A stretch of DNA of 64,000 nt from positions 96,001 to 160,000 of the forward strand of contig JBGAHS010000007.1 in assembly GCA_044226015.1 (NCBI GenBank), in the 5' to 3' direction. Below, piece by piece: positions 8,699 to 19,300 of the stretch. Positions within the stretch are counted from its first letter, which is position 1. Every line of letters begins with the position of its first letter. The notes beneath the pieces were generated by a model, which ran no database searches, was not told the origin of the DNA, and saw only the letters and a program-made list of their open reading frames with translations. This DNA comes from Candidatus Obscuribacteraceae bacterium. Its GTDB lineage: Bacteria > Cyanobacteriota > Vampirovibrionia > Obscuribacterales > Obscuribacteraceae. The translations under genes and the position numbers were made by a program.

Positions 8699-10120
8699 TC
8701 AGGCTTTAGCGGCTGCCTTCAGAAGGTCTGGCATTGCTTTCTCCAGCGCTTCTGTAAGATAGTCGGCTTCTATGACTTCCATGTCTTTGAATTTTGTTTT
8801 GCTAGATTTTGCGTTGCGCGGAATGATGGCTCGTCTGAAGCCCAAGCTTGAAGCTTCTTTCAATCGTCTTTCTAGATTGGCTACTGAGCGAATTTCGCCT
8901 GACAAACCAATCTCACCGATGCAAGCTAGAAGAGGATCTACCGAGCGGTCCATGCACGAAGTCGCCACAGCCAGGGCTACTCCAAGGTCGCCTCCGGGGT
9001 CATTACATTCCAGTCCACCCACAATGTTCACATATACATCTTGTTTGCCGATGGGCAGTCCGACTCGCTTTTCGAGAACTGCAAGAATTTGCGCCAGGCG
9101 ACCTGAGTCAAAACCGTTGGAAACTCGTCTTGGTGCTGCCAGGCTGCTTGCGCTCACCAGAGCCTGAACTTCCAGCAGCAGCGAACGATGTCCCTGGCAC
9201 GAAGCGATGACCGCAGTGCCCGAAGGCGAACGCTCACCCGGTTTCTTCTCCAGTCTGGGTCCCAAAAAAATTACGCTGGGGTTGGTGACTTCCTCCAGTC
9301 CATCTTCCGACATTGTGAATATCGCAAGTTCTTGCGTTGAACCAAAACGATTTTTCACAGCACGCACGGTGCGGAGCTGCCGAGTGCAATCGCCCTCGAA
9401 TTGCAGCACAACATCAACCATATGTTCCAAAACTCGCGGACCGGCAATTGAACCATCTTTGGTGACATGCCCGACGATGACAGTTGCGATACTGGCAGAT
9501 TTCGCCAGGTTTACGATGGCGCCAGCGCTCTCTCTGACCTGGCTTACAGAGCCCGGTGCGCTTTCGATTTCTGGATGATATACAGCTTGTACGCTGTCTA
9601 TTACTGCAAACTGTGCTTTGTTTGCCACGATTTGTTTTTGTATTTGCGACACATTTTGCTCGCTGTCGATGAGCATATTGCTGCTGCCCAAGCCCAGGCG
9701 TCGTGCGCGCAACAAGACCTGCTTGCTCGACTCTTCCGCTGATACATACAAGGTTCGCAATTCTTGTGAGAGCCGCCCCGCTAGTTCTAACAAGAGTGTC
9801 GATTTGCCGATGCCAGGGTCGCCAGCCAGCAATATAACTGCGCCTGGGACGATGCCACCGCCCAGCACTTCATCAAGCGATGAGAATCCAGTCGAGTAGC
9901 GCAAATCATCGTTCAATTCCACCGAGGTCAACAGTGTGGGTCCGTCCGACTGGGTTTCTGGAAAGGCGCCGCGGGCTCTCAACGGCATCGACTCTTGCTG
10001 CTTTGCAGTGTCCAGTTCCTCAACAAAAGAATTCCAGGAAGAACATTCAGTACATCGACCAAGCGGTTTTGAAGTCGAAAAACCACATTCCTGACAGACC
10101 CATTTCGTTTTTGTTTTCAT
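8699..10120 (-). CDS. radA: DNA repair protein RadA/Sms
   Basis: Zn finger CQEC..CTEC, Walker A GDPGIGKST, KNRFG motif, Lon-like C-terminus. Start taken at MKTKTKW. Confidence 0.98.
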   Translation of the reverse strand: MKTKTKWVCQECGFSTSKPLGRCTECSSWNSFVEELDTAKQQESMPLRARGAFPETQSDGPTLLTSVELNDDLRYSTGFSSLDEVLGGGIVPGAVILLAGDPGIGKSTLLLELAGRLSQELRTLYVSAEESSKQVLLRARRLGLGSSNMLIDSEQNVSQIQKQIVANKAQFAVIDSVQAVYHPEIESAPGSVSQVRESAGAIVNLAKSASIATVIVGHVTKDGSIAGPRVLEHMVDVVLQFEGDCTRQLRTVRAVKNRFGSTQELAIFTMSEDGLEEVTNPSVIFLGPRLEKKPGERSPSGTAVIASCQGHRSLLLEVQALVSASSLAAPRRVSNGFDSGRLAQILAVLEKRVGLPIGKQDVYVNIVGGLECNDPGGDLGVALAVATSCMDRSVDPLLACIGEIGLSGEIRSVANLERRLKEASSLGFRRAIIPRNAKSSKTKFKDMEVIEADYLTEALEKAMPDLLKAAAKA

Positions 10121-10351
10121 CGGTGCTCGCGCTGTGAAGAAGAAAGTCTTCGCCATTCTAACGAATTTTCCCGTACTGGGCGTTATTTTCAGCAAAGGCA
10201 AAAGTGGCTAATTTGCAACTGACAACGCCTGTTTTTGCGTGTTATCCCCAATGATATATGGAAACTAATTTGACCTTCTTGCGCACTGGATATATGGTCT
10301 GGAAAGGAAGATTTGAAGGCAGATGATATTCTGCTCAATGGGGGTATCGAT

Positions 10352-10642
10352 ATGTTGACCACTGTTATTTTGCCGTTATTGGTAACCTATAACATCCAGG
10401 CGCCCTCTGTCGCAGAGGTTCAGTGTGCGAAACCTGTGACTAACATCTTCAAGCTTGCTGCTGAGAAACGCACAGAGTTTCTCGCTGGTGGCAAGCGCAA
10501 GGCGCCGGGCCCAGACCACGGTGATGACCCGAACGATGAGCAACATGATGGCGGCTTGCCAGCTAACAAAGAAGCCGGAAATGGTTTCCCTTCGAGCGAT
10601 CCATACAATGACACCTTGCCAAACGGAAGAAAGCCGTACTAA
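10352..10642 (+). CDS. Small hypothetical protein, possibly exported
   Basis: GGGG RBS before ATG 10352; hydrophobic N-terminus; acidic D/P/G-rich tail; ends 6 bp before lgt. Confidence 0.5.
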   Translation: MLTTVILPLLVTYNIQAPSVAEVQCAKPVTNIFKLAAEKRTEFLAGGKRKAPGPDHGDDPNDEQHDGGLPANKEAGNGFPSSDPYNDTLPNGRKPY

Positions 10643-10648
10643 AAGTTC

Positions 10649-11503
10649 GTGCCAACAATAATTCTTCAGTCGCCCGGTGCGCTAATCTGTAAAATCGGAA
10701 GCCTGAGCATACGCTGGTACAGCATAACGTATGCGGTGGGTTTTCTTTCGGCGAGTTATTTTGCGGGCAAGCTGGCGCAAAGATATAAAATAGAAAGCGA
10801 GAAGCTCACAAACCTGATGCTTCTCGCTTTTATTGCGGGCATCCTCGGCGGGCGCCTGTACTATGTTGCTTTGAAATGGGACGAATTTGCAATCAATCCG
10901 CAAGACATACTTGCCACATGGAAGGGCGGTATGTCCATTCACGGTGGTATCATCGGCGGTTTCATTGCTGGTGTATTGTATGCGCACTATGCTCGTCTGC
11001 CGAAAAGGCAAGTTGCCGACATAGTGGCATCAGTGCTGCCGCTCGGGCAGGCAATTGGGCGTTGGGGGAACTTTTTCAATTCTGAAGCGTTCGGTGGACC
11101 TGTTCCAGAAGGCTTTCCTCTGGCGGTGTTCATTCCGGCTGAAGCTCGCCCACCTGTTTATGCCAGCAATGAATTATTCCATGCAACTTTCTTGTATGAG
11201 TCAGTTTGGGATTTTGGTATCTTTGCGCTTCTATATTTTTACTTGAGCAAACGTTTGCAACGGGTGCCAGGTGTTTGCTTCCTTGTGTATCTCGCCCTGT
11301 ATAACATCGGCAGGTTGATGATTGAACCTCTCCGCTCTGACAGTATTATGGCGGGGCAAATTCCCGTGCCGATTATAGCGAGTGCGGTGCAGTTGCTTCT
11401 TGCGGTGGTTCTGGTGCCGGTTCTTGTGCATTATGCAAAGACGCATCCGCAGGTTGAGAATGCGGCTAATATAGAGTCAGAGACGGCTGAGCAGGTAAAG
11501 TAG
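10649..11503 (+). CDS. lgt: Prolipoprotein diacylglyceryl transferase
   Basis: IRWYS, GGRLYYV, GGMSIHGG, GQAIGRWGNFFNSEAFG, HATFLYES. Confidence 0.97.
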   Translation: MPTIILQSPGALICKIGSLSIRWYSITYAVGFLSASYFAGKLAQRYKIESEKLTNLMLLAFIAGILGGRLYYVALKWDEFAINPQDILATWKGGMSIHGGIIGGFIAGVLYAHYARLPKRQVADIVASVLPLGQAIGRWGNFFNSEAFGGPVPEGFPLAVFIPAEARPPVYASNELFHATFLYESVWDFGIFALLYFYLSKRLQRVPGVCFLVYLALYNIGRLMIEPLRSDSIMAGQIPVPIIASAVQLLLAVVLVPVLVHYAKTHPQVENAANIESETAEQVK

Positions 11504-11607
11504 CTGCAGTGACTTGTTCTGCTGGATTTTGTGCACTATGCAAACACGCATCTGTTTGCTGAGAACACTGCTAATGCAGAGAGAGAAGTTGCGGAGTTGG
11601 TAGGTAG
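11504..11607 (+). repeat. Diverged duplicate of the lgt 3' end (105-bp offset)
   Basis: Translates FVHYANTHLFAENTANAEREVAELV versus lgt LVHYAKTHPQVENAANIESETAEQV; 53 of 75 nt identical by manual alignment. Confidence 0.85.
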
Positions 11608-11713
11608 TCGCCTGCTTTTCTGAGGTTTTTGTGTTGCGAGTCAGCACGCTTATACCCTTTCGAAGCAACCAAATAGATAAGTGTGGCGGCAACGCTCCAG
11701 TACAAGAGGTGAA
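11608..11713 (-). repeat. Diverged duplicate of the GT87 gene 3' end and its downstream flank
   Basis: 11608-11713 aligns to 11714-11823 (TCGCCTGCTTTTCTGAGG...GGCGGCAACGCTCCARTACAAGA) with small indels. Confidence 0.92.
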
Positions 11714-11755
11714 TCGCCTGCTTTTCTGAGGAGTGCGTGTTGCGAGTCAGCATGC

Positions 11756-13123
11756 TTATCTGCCCTTTCGAAGCAAACCAAAATAGATAAGGATGGCGGC
11801 AACGCTCCAATACAAGAATGTAAGTTGCGCGTATATCATGAGCGCCAGTGGTTGTACGTAGAAAAAGAGCCAGGACAGCGGTACAAAATTCACGAACATT
11901 GCGCGAATCCTTCGCCCGGCTGCGTCTTTTGAGTCAATATTTCCAAGAATCAAGACCGCTGGAAGAGCAAGCAGAACATAGTCTTGAACATGAGTGTGAG
12001 GACTTGCTATTAGTGCAATGATTAAAGCTAGAGCAATTGCGTAATCGATTCTCCTTTGGGAGTCGTCCGGATTTGGGCTCACTCTTGAACTGTGGTTTGC
12101 ATCTGAGTTCGCGTCAGATTCAGCGTGGGAGTGCACGGCGCTTGTGTCGGCGCTGGCGGTCTGTTCTTTAGCAGCGGTGAAGAGCTGCCAGGCTGAGAAA
12201 ACTGAGGCTATGCCAAAAAGTCCCACAACAATTTTCTTTAGAGTTCCACTATCCTCTCTAAAGAAAAGGACCATTTCGCCACGAATGTTCTGCATCATGA
12301 ATGCAGAAACGCCACTAACAGCGGTGCCGGTTTCTCCTGAAATTAGGGAGTGTGGATAGTTCACGATTGTGTTCCATCCCAGAACAAACGCACTAAGCCC
12401 GATGAGAATTGCAAGTGCAAGACCCAGCGTTAATGCAAATTTTAGCCTGCCAAAAATTACACCAATGAGGAAAAACATCGGTGCGTATTGCAGTTTAACC
12501 ATCAGAATTGATGCGCTCAATCCTGCAGCAATGAAGCGATGCTCTTTTAGAAAACTAATGAAGAAAGTTGCTGCGGCGAGAAGGAAAAAGGATGTTTGCC
12601 CCAATTCAACGGTCAACCATGCAGGGTAAGAACTCATGAAGAATGCAAGTAGCTTCTTGCGTTCGAGTGCTTCCATTCCCAATTGTTTTGCCAGGCGATT
12701 GAGCCCAAGTAAACTCAGCCCAGCACCTAGTAGGTTCCATACTATCCACGCCAGATTCATTGGCACCAGTGACAGTGGCATCGTAAGTAAGAAAAAATAA
12801 GGAGGATATTGCAAGTAAAAGGGTTGTTCTGGAACGATCGGCGCGATTAGTTTATTGAAGTGCTCGCTCTGTACCTTTATGTCGTAGATGTCGAGCTTCT
12901 CTCCGGTCAGGCATTCTTTCGCCAGGACGCCAGCGTTGTATACGTTCGTGAAGTCGCTTACATAAGGTCTTCCATCAATCAATCTGGCAAATAGGGTTCC
13001 CTTGTACATAAACTCGCCGAGTTTTGCGTAGCACAAAACTCCCCAGGAAAACAGCGCGCAGAGAAGGGCAAACTGCACCAGCGCTTTTTGCTTTTGTTTA
13101 TCCTGCACTGATCTTCCTTTCAC
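11756..13123 (-). CDS. Glycosyltransferase family 87 (DUF2029-like) membrane protein
   Basis: SDFTNVY, YLQYPP, ELGQTS, VKLQY, SPHTHVQD; multiple TM helices. Confidence 0.85.
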   Translation of the reverse strand: MKGRSVQDKQKQKALVQFALLCALFSWGVLCYAKLGEFMYKGTLFARLIDGRPYVSDFTNVYNAGVLAKECLTGEKLDIYDIKVQSEHFNKLIAPIVPEQPFYLQYPPYFFLLTMPLSLVPMNLAWIVWNLLGAGLSLLGLNRLAKQLGMEALERKKLLAFFMSSYPAWLTVELGQTSFFLLAAATFFISFLKEHRFIAAGLSASILMVKLQYAPMFFLIGVIFGRLKFALTLGLALAILIGLSAFVLGWNTIVNYPHSLISGETGTAVSGVSAFMMQNIRGEMVLFFREDSGTLKKIVVGLFGIASVFSAWQLFTAAKEQTASADTSAVHSHAESDANSDANHSSRVSPNPDDSQRRIDYAIALALIIALIASPHTHVQDYVLLALPAVLILGNIDSKDAAGRRIRAMFVNFVPLSWLFFYVQPLALMIYAQLTFLYWSVAAILIYFGLLRKGR

Positions 13124-13169
13124 GGTCTGTTGTATCTGTGAATCACCAAGTAACTTTCGGCAGAATAAT

Positions 13170-14168
13170 TCACGAGTTCAATTTTGACAAGAATGAATTC
13201 CAAGATTCAGGATTCACCAAATTGCTCGGCATTCTCTTGTGAAATGAATTGTTGACTGCATCTACTGCTAGCTGACCCATCGCAGTGCGGGTTTCAATTG
13301 TTGCGCTGCCGATATGCGGAAGAAGCGTCACGTTGTCTAGTTCAAGCAAGCCCGGGTGAATCGCTGGCTCGTTTTCATATACGTCTAGCCCTGCACCGTA
13401 TATGGTTCCATCCTTTAATGCTTGGACCAACGCCGCTTCATCTACAACAGGGCCGCGTGAAGTGTTGATGAGAATGGCGGAAGGCTTCATAGCCTTAAAT
13501 TCTTGATGCGAAATCAGATGCCTTGTTTCAGGCATAAGCGGGCAATTTATAGATATGAAGTCTGCTGAATTGAATAGTTCGTCCTTGCTAACATATTTCG
13601 CTTTAAGTTCGGACTCTAACGCTTCATTTACTCGATTTCTCTGAGTGTATAGCACCTTCATGGAAAAGCCGAGCGCCCTTCTTGCAACAGCCTGACCGAT
13701 TCTTCCGAAGCCGATGATGCCGAGCGTTTTATGATGAACGTCAGTACCCAGCAAAAGGTCAAGTGCAAATCGCTGCCAGCGCCCCTGTCGCAAAAAACTC
13801 TCAGCATTCGTGCTTCGTCGCGCTGCAGACAAAATCAAAGTAAATGCCAGGTCAGCTGTGGTTTCCGTCAATACACCCGGTGTGTTGCTGACGATGATTC
13901 CGCGCGTGATGGCTTCATTGAGGTCAATGTTGTCGTAACCCACAGCGACGTTTGCTACAAGTTTTACTGAGGGGCACGCGTTGAAGAATTTCGCATCGAT
14001 TTTGTTTGTAAGAACTGAAATTACTGCGTCCTTGCCATGGGCCCGCTTCAGCAGCTCTTCTTGGGAGTATGGATCTCCTCTGTTTATTTCCATTTCAAAT
14101 CCCTCAGTCAGGCAGTTTTCTGTATTGCCTGGCAGCGAACTGCAAATTAGTACTTTGGGTTTATTCAT
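13170..14168 (-). CDS. D-2-hydroxyacid dehydrogenase (glyoxylate/hydroxypyruvate reductase type)
   Basis: VAVGYDNID, NTPGVLTETTAD, GFGRIG, INTSRG, LDVYENEP, PHIGSA. Confidence 0.95.
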   Translation of the reverse strand: MNKPKVLICSSLPGNTENCLTEGFEMEINRGDPYSQEELLKRAHGKDAVISVLTNKIDAKFFNACPSVKLVANVAVGYDNIDLNEAITRGIIVSNTPGVLTETTADLAFTLILSAARRSTNAESFLRQGRWQRFALDLLLGTDVHHKTLGIIGFGRIGQAVARRALGFSMKVLYTQRNRVNEALESELKAKYVSKDELFNSADFISINCPLMPETRHLISHQEFKAMKPSAILINTSRGPVVDEAALVQALKDGTIYGAGLDVYENEPAIHPGLLELDNVTLLPHIGSATIETRTAMGQLAVDAVNNSFHKRMPSNLVNPESWNSFLSKLNS

Positions 14169-15817
14169 GAGTTTGCGAGTTTTGCCTCTTGTGGATGCGC
14201 TGCGATTTGTTCTTCAAGTACCTGAACTTCAACTTGTGTCCTGTATGTATCCCACCCCAGAAGTGATGCCATCGCTTCTGCAACTCTCGGCGCAGCTTCC
14301 ATGGACAATTTCTTGCTCAGCATTGCGAGCCTTGTCCGGCGTAGTAAAACGTCTTGCAGCGAGACTGCCATCTCTGAAATAACTGCATACGGAAGCTCTG
14401 CCATTATTGGCGGGAAGTCAGGAATTATGCGAGCCTTCAAGCTTTCTTTTCGCTCAACGAGATCGACAATGTCGATTGCGCTTGCTCCATAGCTGGAAAG
14501 CAAGTGGCGAATACATGCTGGTTCTATTCCGACGCGCCTTGCCTTTGCTTCAATGTGCGAGCTGCTTGCGAGGAAGTCGTCTTTCGATGTCCAGCCGCCA
14601 ATCATCTCGGTTTGGTTGACTTTGATTGTTTCTAGATTGAGACTCGCTTTCTTGCTTACTTTTCGCAGAAGCTCATTGCTAAATTTGGCAAAGCAATCGA
14701 GTCTTCCCATGAATGCTGTGAAAACGCCTTCATCTGATTCGAAAATGGCGCAGTTTTGCAGTCCTGACAAATTCTGCGGGCAAGACGATTTTATTCGGGA
14801 TGAAACGCAGGTGATGGTTGAACGAACGTCGGATTGGCTCAATTTGTCAGTCTTTGTGAATTCGTTAACAGAGTTGAGTAATTGGTTTACAGTTGCGGTT
14901 TCGCAATTGCTGTCTTCCGCTGTGCCGCTAAACTCTGTTTCTGCTGATCCTATAAGTAATGCATGATGCCATGGCATAACATAAACGTGCCCACCAAGTT
15001 TAGTGGGAAGAAGAAGCCCCGAGTTCGTTTCAAATGATGATGCAGGAACCACAACTTGCGTGATCTTCACTTTTGAGAAGTAATCGATGTATTCAGCAGC
15101 TGCGCTGGGAAGAAGTTTACTGGTTTCCGGGGCCCATGCTCCGGTGGCGTTCACAACAGCTCTGGCACTCACTCTTAAATCAGCACCGAGGTATCGATCG
15201 CGTACTGCTGCGGCGAATGTCTGGTCAGCTTCTCTGCTTAGTGCGCAGACCTCTGCATAATTGATTACAGTTGCACCAAGGTTCTGGGCGTCATTTATGA
15301 GCCCTAAAACGAAGCGGCTGTCGTCTGTAATTAGTTCTGAAAACTGGATGCCACCACTGGTGAGGTCTACATTCAGAGCAGGTACCAGGTTACTTAGTTT
15401 CTGCTTATTTAGAAGCGTGTTGGATTGGGCTTGTCCGCTTGAGACCGAAAATACCTCATTGAGAGTAATTCCAGCGCTTGCTTTCAAATTGAAGAACGTA
15501 TTGTTTTGTAGCAGTGGCAGAGCTAATGATATTTCCCGAACTAAATGTGGTGCCAATTTCTTGAGGCTCTCTGCATCGCTCAAGTATTGCTTATTTGGTT
15601 TCAGGTGCGCCTGGGGCTCTGGTGCTTTACCGTGGATAAGCTGATTGCTGCGGCTTGATGCTCCAGAGGCAAAGTCTGACTTGTCGATGAGCAACGGTTT
15701 GAGACCTCTAGCAGCAGCTTCTCTAGCAAGTGCGGCACCTGTGAGACCCGCTCCGATGATAAGCAAGTCAAAAATGGTTTCTTTTACGCGAGCAATGTTC
15801 TCGTTTCTGTCCTTCAT
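14165..15817 (-). CDS. Divergent FAD-dependent glycerol-3-phosphate dehydrogenase/oxidase-like protein
   Basis: IIGAGLTG, DFASGASSRS, VVNATGAW and C-terminal DVLLRRTRL; substrate motifs are degenerate. Start taken at MKDRNEN. Confidence 0.85.
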   Translation of the reverse strand: MKDRNENIARVKETIFDLLIIGAGLTGAALAREAAARGLKPLLIDKSDFASGASSRSNQLIHGKAPEPQAHLKPNKQYLSDAESLKKLAPHLVREISLALPLLQNNTFFNLKASAGITLNEVFSVSSGQAQSNTLLNKQKLSNLVPALNVDLTSGGIQFSELITDDSRFVLGLINDAQNLGATVINYAEVCALSREADQTFAAAVRDRYLGADLRVSARAVVNATGAWAPETSKLLPSAAAEYIDYFSKVKITQVVVPASSFETNSGLLLPTKLGGHVYVMPWHHALLIGSAETEFSGTAEDSNCETATVNQLLNSVNEFTKTDKLSQSDVRSTITCVSSRIKSSCPQNLSGLQNCAIFESDEGVFTAFMGRLDCFAKFSNELLRKVSKKASLNLETIKVNQTEMIGGWTSKDDFLASSSHIEAKARRVGIEPACIRHLLSSYGASAIDIVDLVERKESLKARIIPDFPPIMAELPYAVISEMAVSLQDVLLRRTRLAMLSKKLSMEAAPRVAEAMASLLGWDTYRTQVEVQVLEEQIAAHPQEAKLANS

Positions 15818-16377
15818 TTTTCTGCGACCAATGAGAGGTGGCTGCCGTTCGACTCCGGCATTGTTAGTGCTATTAGCCAACATTATAGGCTAAGCACAGT
15901 TAACGAGATCGCGCTGGAAAGATTTGTTCTAACGAGTTTTACAGCAGTGCCAATTGGAACAGAAGCATTTCGATCTGCATCTTGACATGTAGGTCTATAA
16001 TTCCACTTCTAAGGCGAAATTAGCTATTTTTGAGAAAGTGTTTTTGCATTCGGCTTAATACGATTAGACGCCGCTCAGAATCGCTTTGAGAAAGTCATTA
16101 TTATAAATTTCTGGCTTTTGCGATCATGATGGACAAAAAGTCAGGTGGTTTGTTTCTTGAAGACCATGGTGAAGTTATCTGACATTGATTTCTGGGTGCT
16201 TAGCAACCTTAAGATTTGGCCATCTAGGTTGAACTATCGAATAACAACTAGGAAAATTGGTCATTGTCGGTTTTCAGGCCGACTTCGATTGTGATGGCTG
16301 AAGATTCGCATTTGTATTTTGCATATCAACAGAGCACAACGAAAAACGTCAATCGGAACCCTGGTGTACAGAAACAG

Positions 16378-19300
16378 ATGAGCAACAAACATCTTCTCAG
16401 AATTCGTCAGTCAGCAGTGCCAACACTGGTTTCTCTACTGGCATTCTCGATTGGTATCACGAGCAGTGCGGCTTTCGGTGAGGCAGAAGTCACTGAAGTT
16501 CAGACTGATGCGCCTGACCATCCGTTGCCAGTACCGACAGGCAGTAAGGTTCAGACGCGTATCTACCAGAACAAGTCTAACTTTGTTCCCAAAGGTCAGG
16601 GCATTCCGCTCGAAAAATATGGCATTAAGGTTGGTGCCACACCTGAAGGTGAAAAGGTAATTGATGCACTGTCAGAAGTTTTTGCAATAAACCGTCGCCC
16701 GAAAGAAGACAGCATGGGGCAGATATTCACTCTAGAAAAAGATGGTGAAGCCGCAGTAAAGAAGCAGGACAACTCCAAAGCTCTTACGAAGTTCCAGGAA
16801 ATGTACGGTCTTTGTAAGGAAGTGAATTACGGAGATGGTGAGGGTCGTGCGCTTGAGCGCATGGCACATATCTACCTCAACAAGGGTGAAAAAACTCGCG
16901 CTAAAGCTCTAGTAGAGAATGCGTTAGAAGTTATGTCTTTTACCCAAGACAAGAAGTCGCTCGGTAAAACAAGAGTAACCGCTGCCGAAATCTACCTCGC
17001 TCTGGACAATCCGGAAACTGCTCTAAAACAGCTTTCCGAAGCCATGAAAGACTTCCAGTCGAGTTCAGTAACAGATAGCGAAGAAGCTGCAAAAGGTATG
17101 CTTCTGGCTGCTGAGTTGGCTGTTCGTGTAGACCAGACGAAAGATGCTATCAAGTTCTACAAAGCTGCAGCTGTTTATTTTGGACAGTGCGGCAATGGTT
17201 CCATGGAAGTCAATCTGCACAATACGGCTGCAGGCATGTTGTTGGAACTAGGCTTCAACACTGCCGCTAAAGAAGAAGCCGAGAAGGCTTGTGCTGTTGC
17301 TCGGCAGCTGAAGCGCGATGATCTTGTCGCAGCCTCACTCACACAGTTGGCTTCATGCCAATACAATCTATGCGAATACACAGCTTCAAGAAGAAGCTGT
17401 GAAGCCATTCTCAATCTTAAGCTTGAGAAACAGCCACCGCTCGCTCTTGCGGTGATGACAGAGGCTTACGCTTATTCTCTCGGAGCAACTGGCAGTTTCG
17501 ACCATTCACAGGCTTGCCTTGAGCGCGCTTGGACAATCATCAAGAATGGTGCACCGGCATTGCACAAAGCACAGGTGCTCAACGGACTCGGTGTTCTGAA
17601 TACGCACAGAGGACGCTACGCAGTTGCAATTGAGCAACTTCGTCAGGCCGCTGACTCTGAGTCAGTCGTCGGAAAAGGTCGTGAAAAATTCGGCTTATAT
17701 ATTTCGCAGAACCTTGCCTCGGCACTGTCTCGCTCTGGCGAGAACCGTCAAGCCAAACAAGAGCTTGATGGCGTTCTTCGCACCATGGGCAAAATGAAGG
17801 TTCCAGACCCGCTGATTCTTGGGCAGGTTTATGGAGCTCTCGGCGAAATTTGCTTCAATCTAAAAGAACTTGGACAATCAGATGCTTACTTGCGTAAGAG
17901 CATTGAAGTTGCAAGCAAGATAAATGATGACGGCACACTCTGGCGCTCATACACCAATCTAGCAAAATTGCAGATGTCTCTGCAGCAAGCACCTAATGAT
18001 ACGCTTGCAAAAGCTGCTTCTTGTTTCAGATCGCCTCAAGCTGGCGTGTTCACAACCATCGAGAACAACCCGTTCTCTTCAACCAGAGATGAATTGTCTG
18101 CCGAGTTGATCAGCATGTTGCTCTCCAACAGTATGGTTGAACAAGCCTTCATCACTGCTGAGCAAGTGAAAGAAGAAGGGTTCATCAACGAGTGGCAAAA
18201 GAATGGTGGCGAAGTTAAACCATCTGACCGCGAACTTTATAATGACCTCGTCAGCCAGCGAGCCCACTTGCATGCTGCAGAGCAAACTAGCTCGCCCGAT
18301 AAGCTTCTGAAGCAATGGCAGGACTGGTTGCGTCGTCATCAAATTCTTGCCGCCGATAACCATGAGCTGGCAAGACTTGTTTCGCCAGTTCCAATTCAAT
18401 TGCCTGAACTGGTCAAGAAGGCTCAAGAAAATCAAGCTACTTTGCTCGATTATCTTGTCGGACCGCGTCAGAGTTTTGTATTCATCATCGACCGCGCTGG
18501 AAGACTCGGCGCCGCTAAGCTCGCTGTAGGTAGAGACCAGCTACGCGCTCAGGTCAATTCGATGCTGAGTCTGTCTAGCAAGTCAGGTCCAGAAAATCGT
18601 GCAGCAGAAAAGAGAGTTCTACAAAATCTATTTACTGAGCTGGTCCCTGAGCATGTTGCGAAATTCTTGCCTGCTAACCCAGAGCAATTGCTGATTTTTG
18701 TTCCTGACTCAGTATTGTTCAACCTGCCGATGGCAGCACTCGTTGACACAAAGGGTAAATACCTGGTTGAGTCGCACACAATCACAACGCTGCCCGCAGT
18801 GTTGAGCTTTATGGGCAATGGTGTCGCATATGGTGCGGACCAGTCGTTAGTCTTCAGCGCTTCAAGCCCGCAAAACTCGAGAGAGTCGCTTGAAGCGAAC
18901 GAACTTACTTCAATCTTCAATGACCAGGTTGTAAAACTCGGAAATGAAGATGTATCTCAATTACAAGAGCAAGCCAAAGGCGCTGTATTGCACTTCAGCG
19001 CACCATTGTTGTTGCAGGACAGCAATTTACTGAAGGCCGCTCTACCGATGACCACACAAGGCGCTGCAGATAAGAAAGCAACTGCTGATGCTTTGTTCAA
19101 GATGAATCTTCCAAGTGACCTGGCAGTCTGGAGTGGTACTTCAGTCAACACTAAAGATTCACAAGGTGGTGGCATCAAAGTATTTAGCCGTGGGCTGGCT
19201 TATGCCGGAGTGCGCAATGTCCTGTTCAGTCTATGGGTTGAACAAAACCCACAGAGAACAGAAGAACTGCTGGAATTCTATAAAGGAAGGCAGCAGGGCT

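Noticed and set aside
11399..11823. Diversity-generating retroelement TR/VR pair
   Set aside because: Differences are not adenine-specific, include indels, and no reverse transcriptase is present.
15982..16001. Perfect TTGACA and TATAAT hexamers upstream of the CHAT gene
   Set aside because: The spacer is only 8 bp, so they cannot form one sigma70 promoter.
16029..16095. 11-bp direct repeat TTTGAGAAAGT at 16029 and 16085
   Set aside because: Two AT-rich copies 56 bp apart are too weak to call an operator without comparative data.
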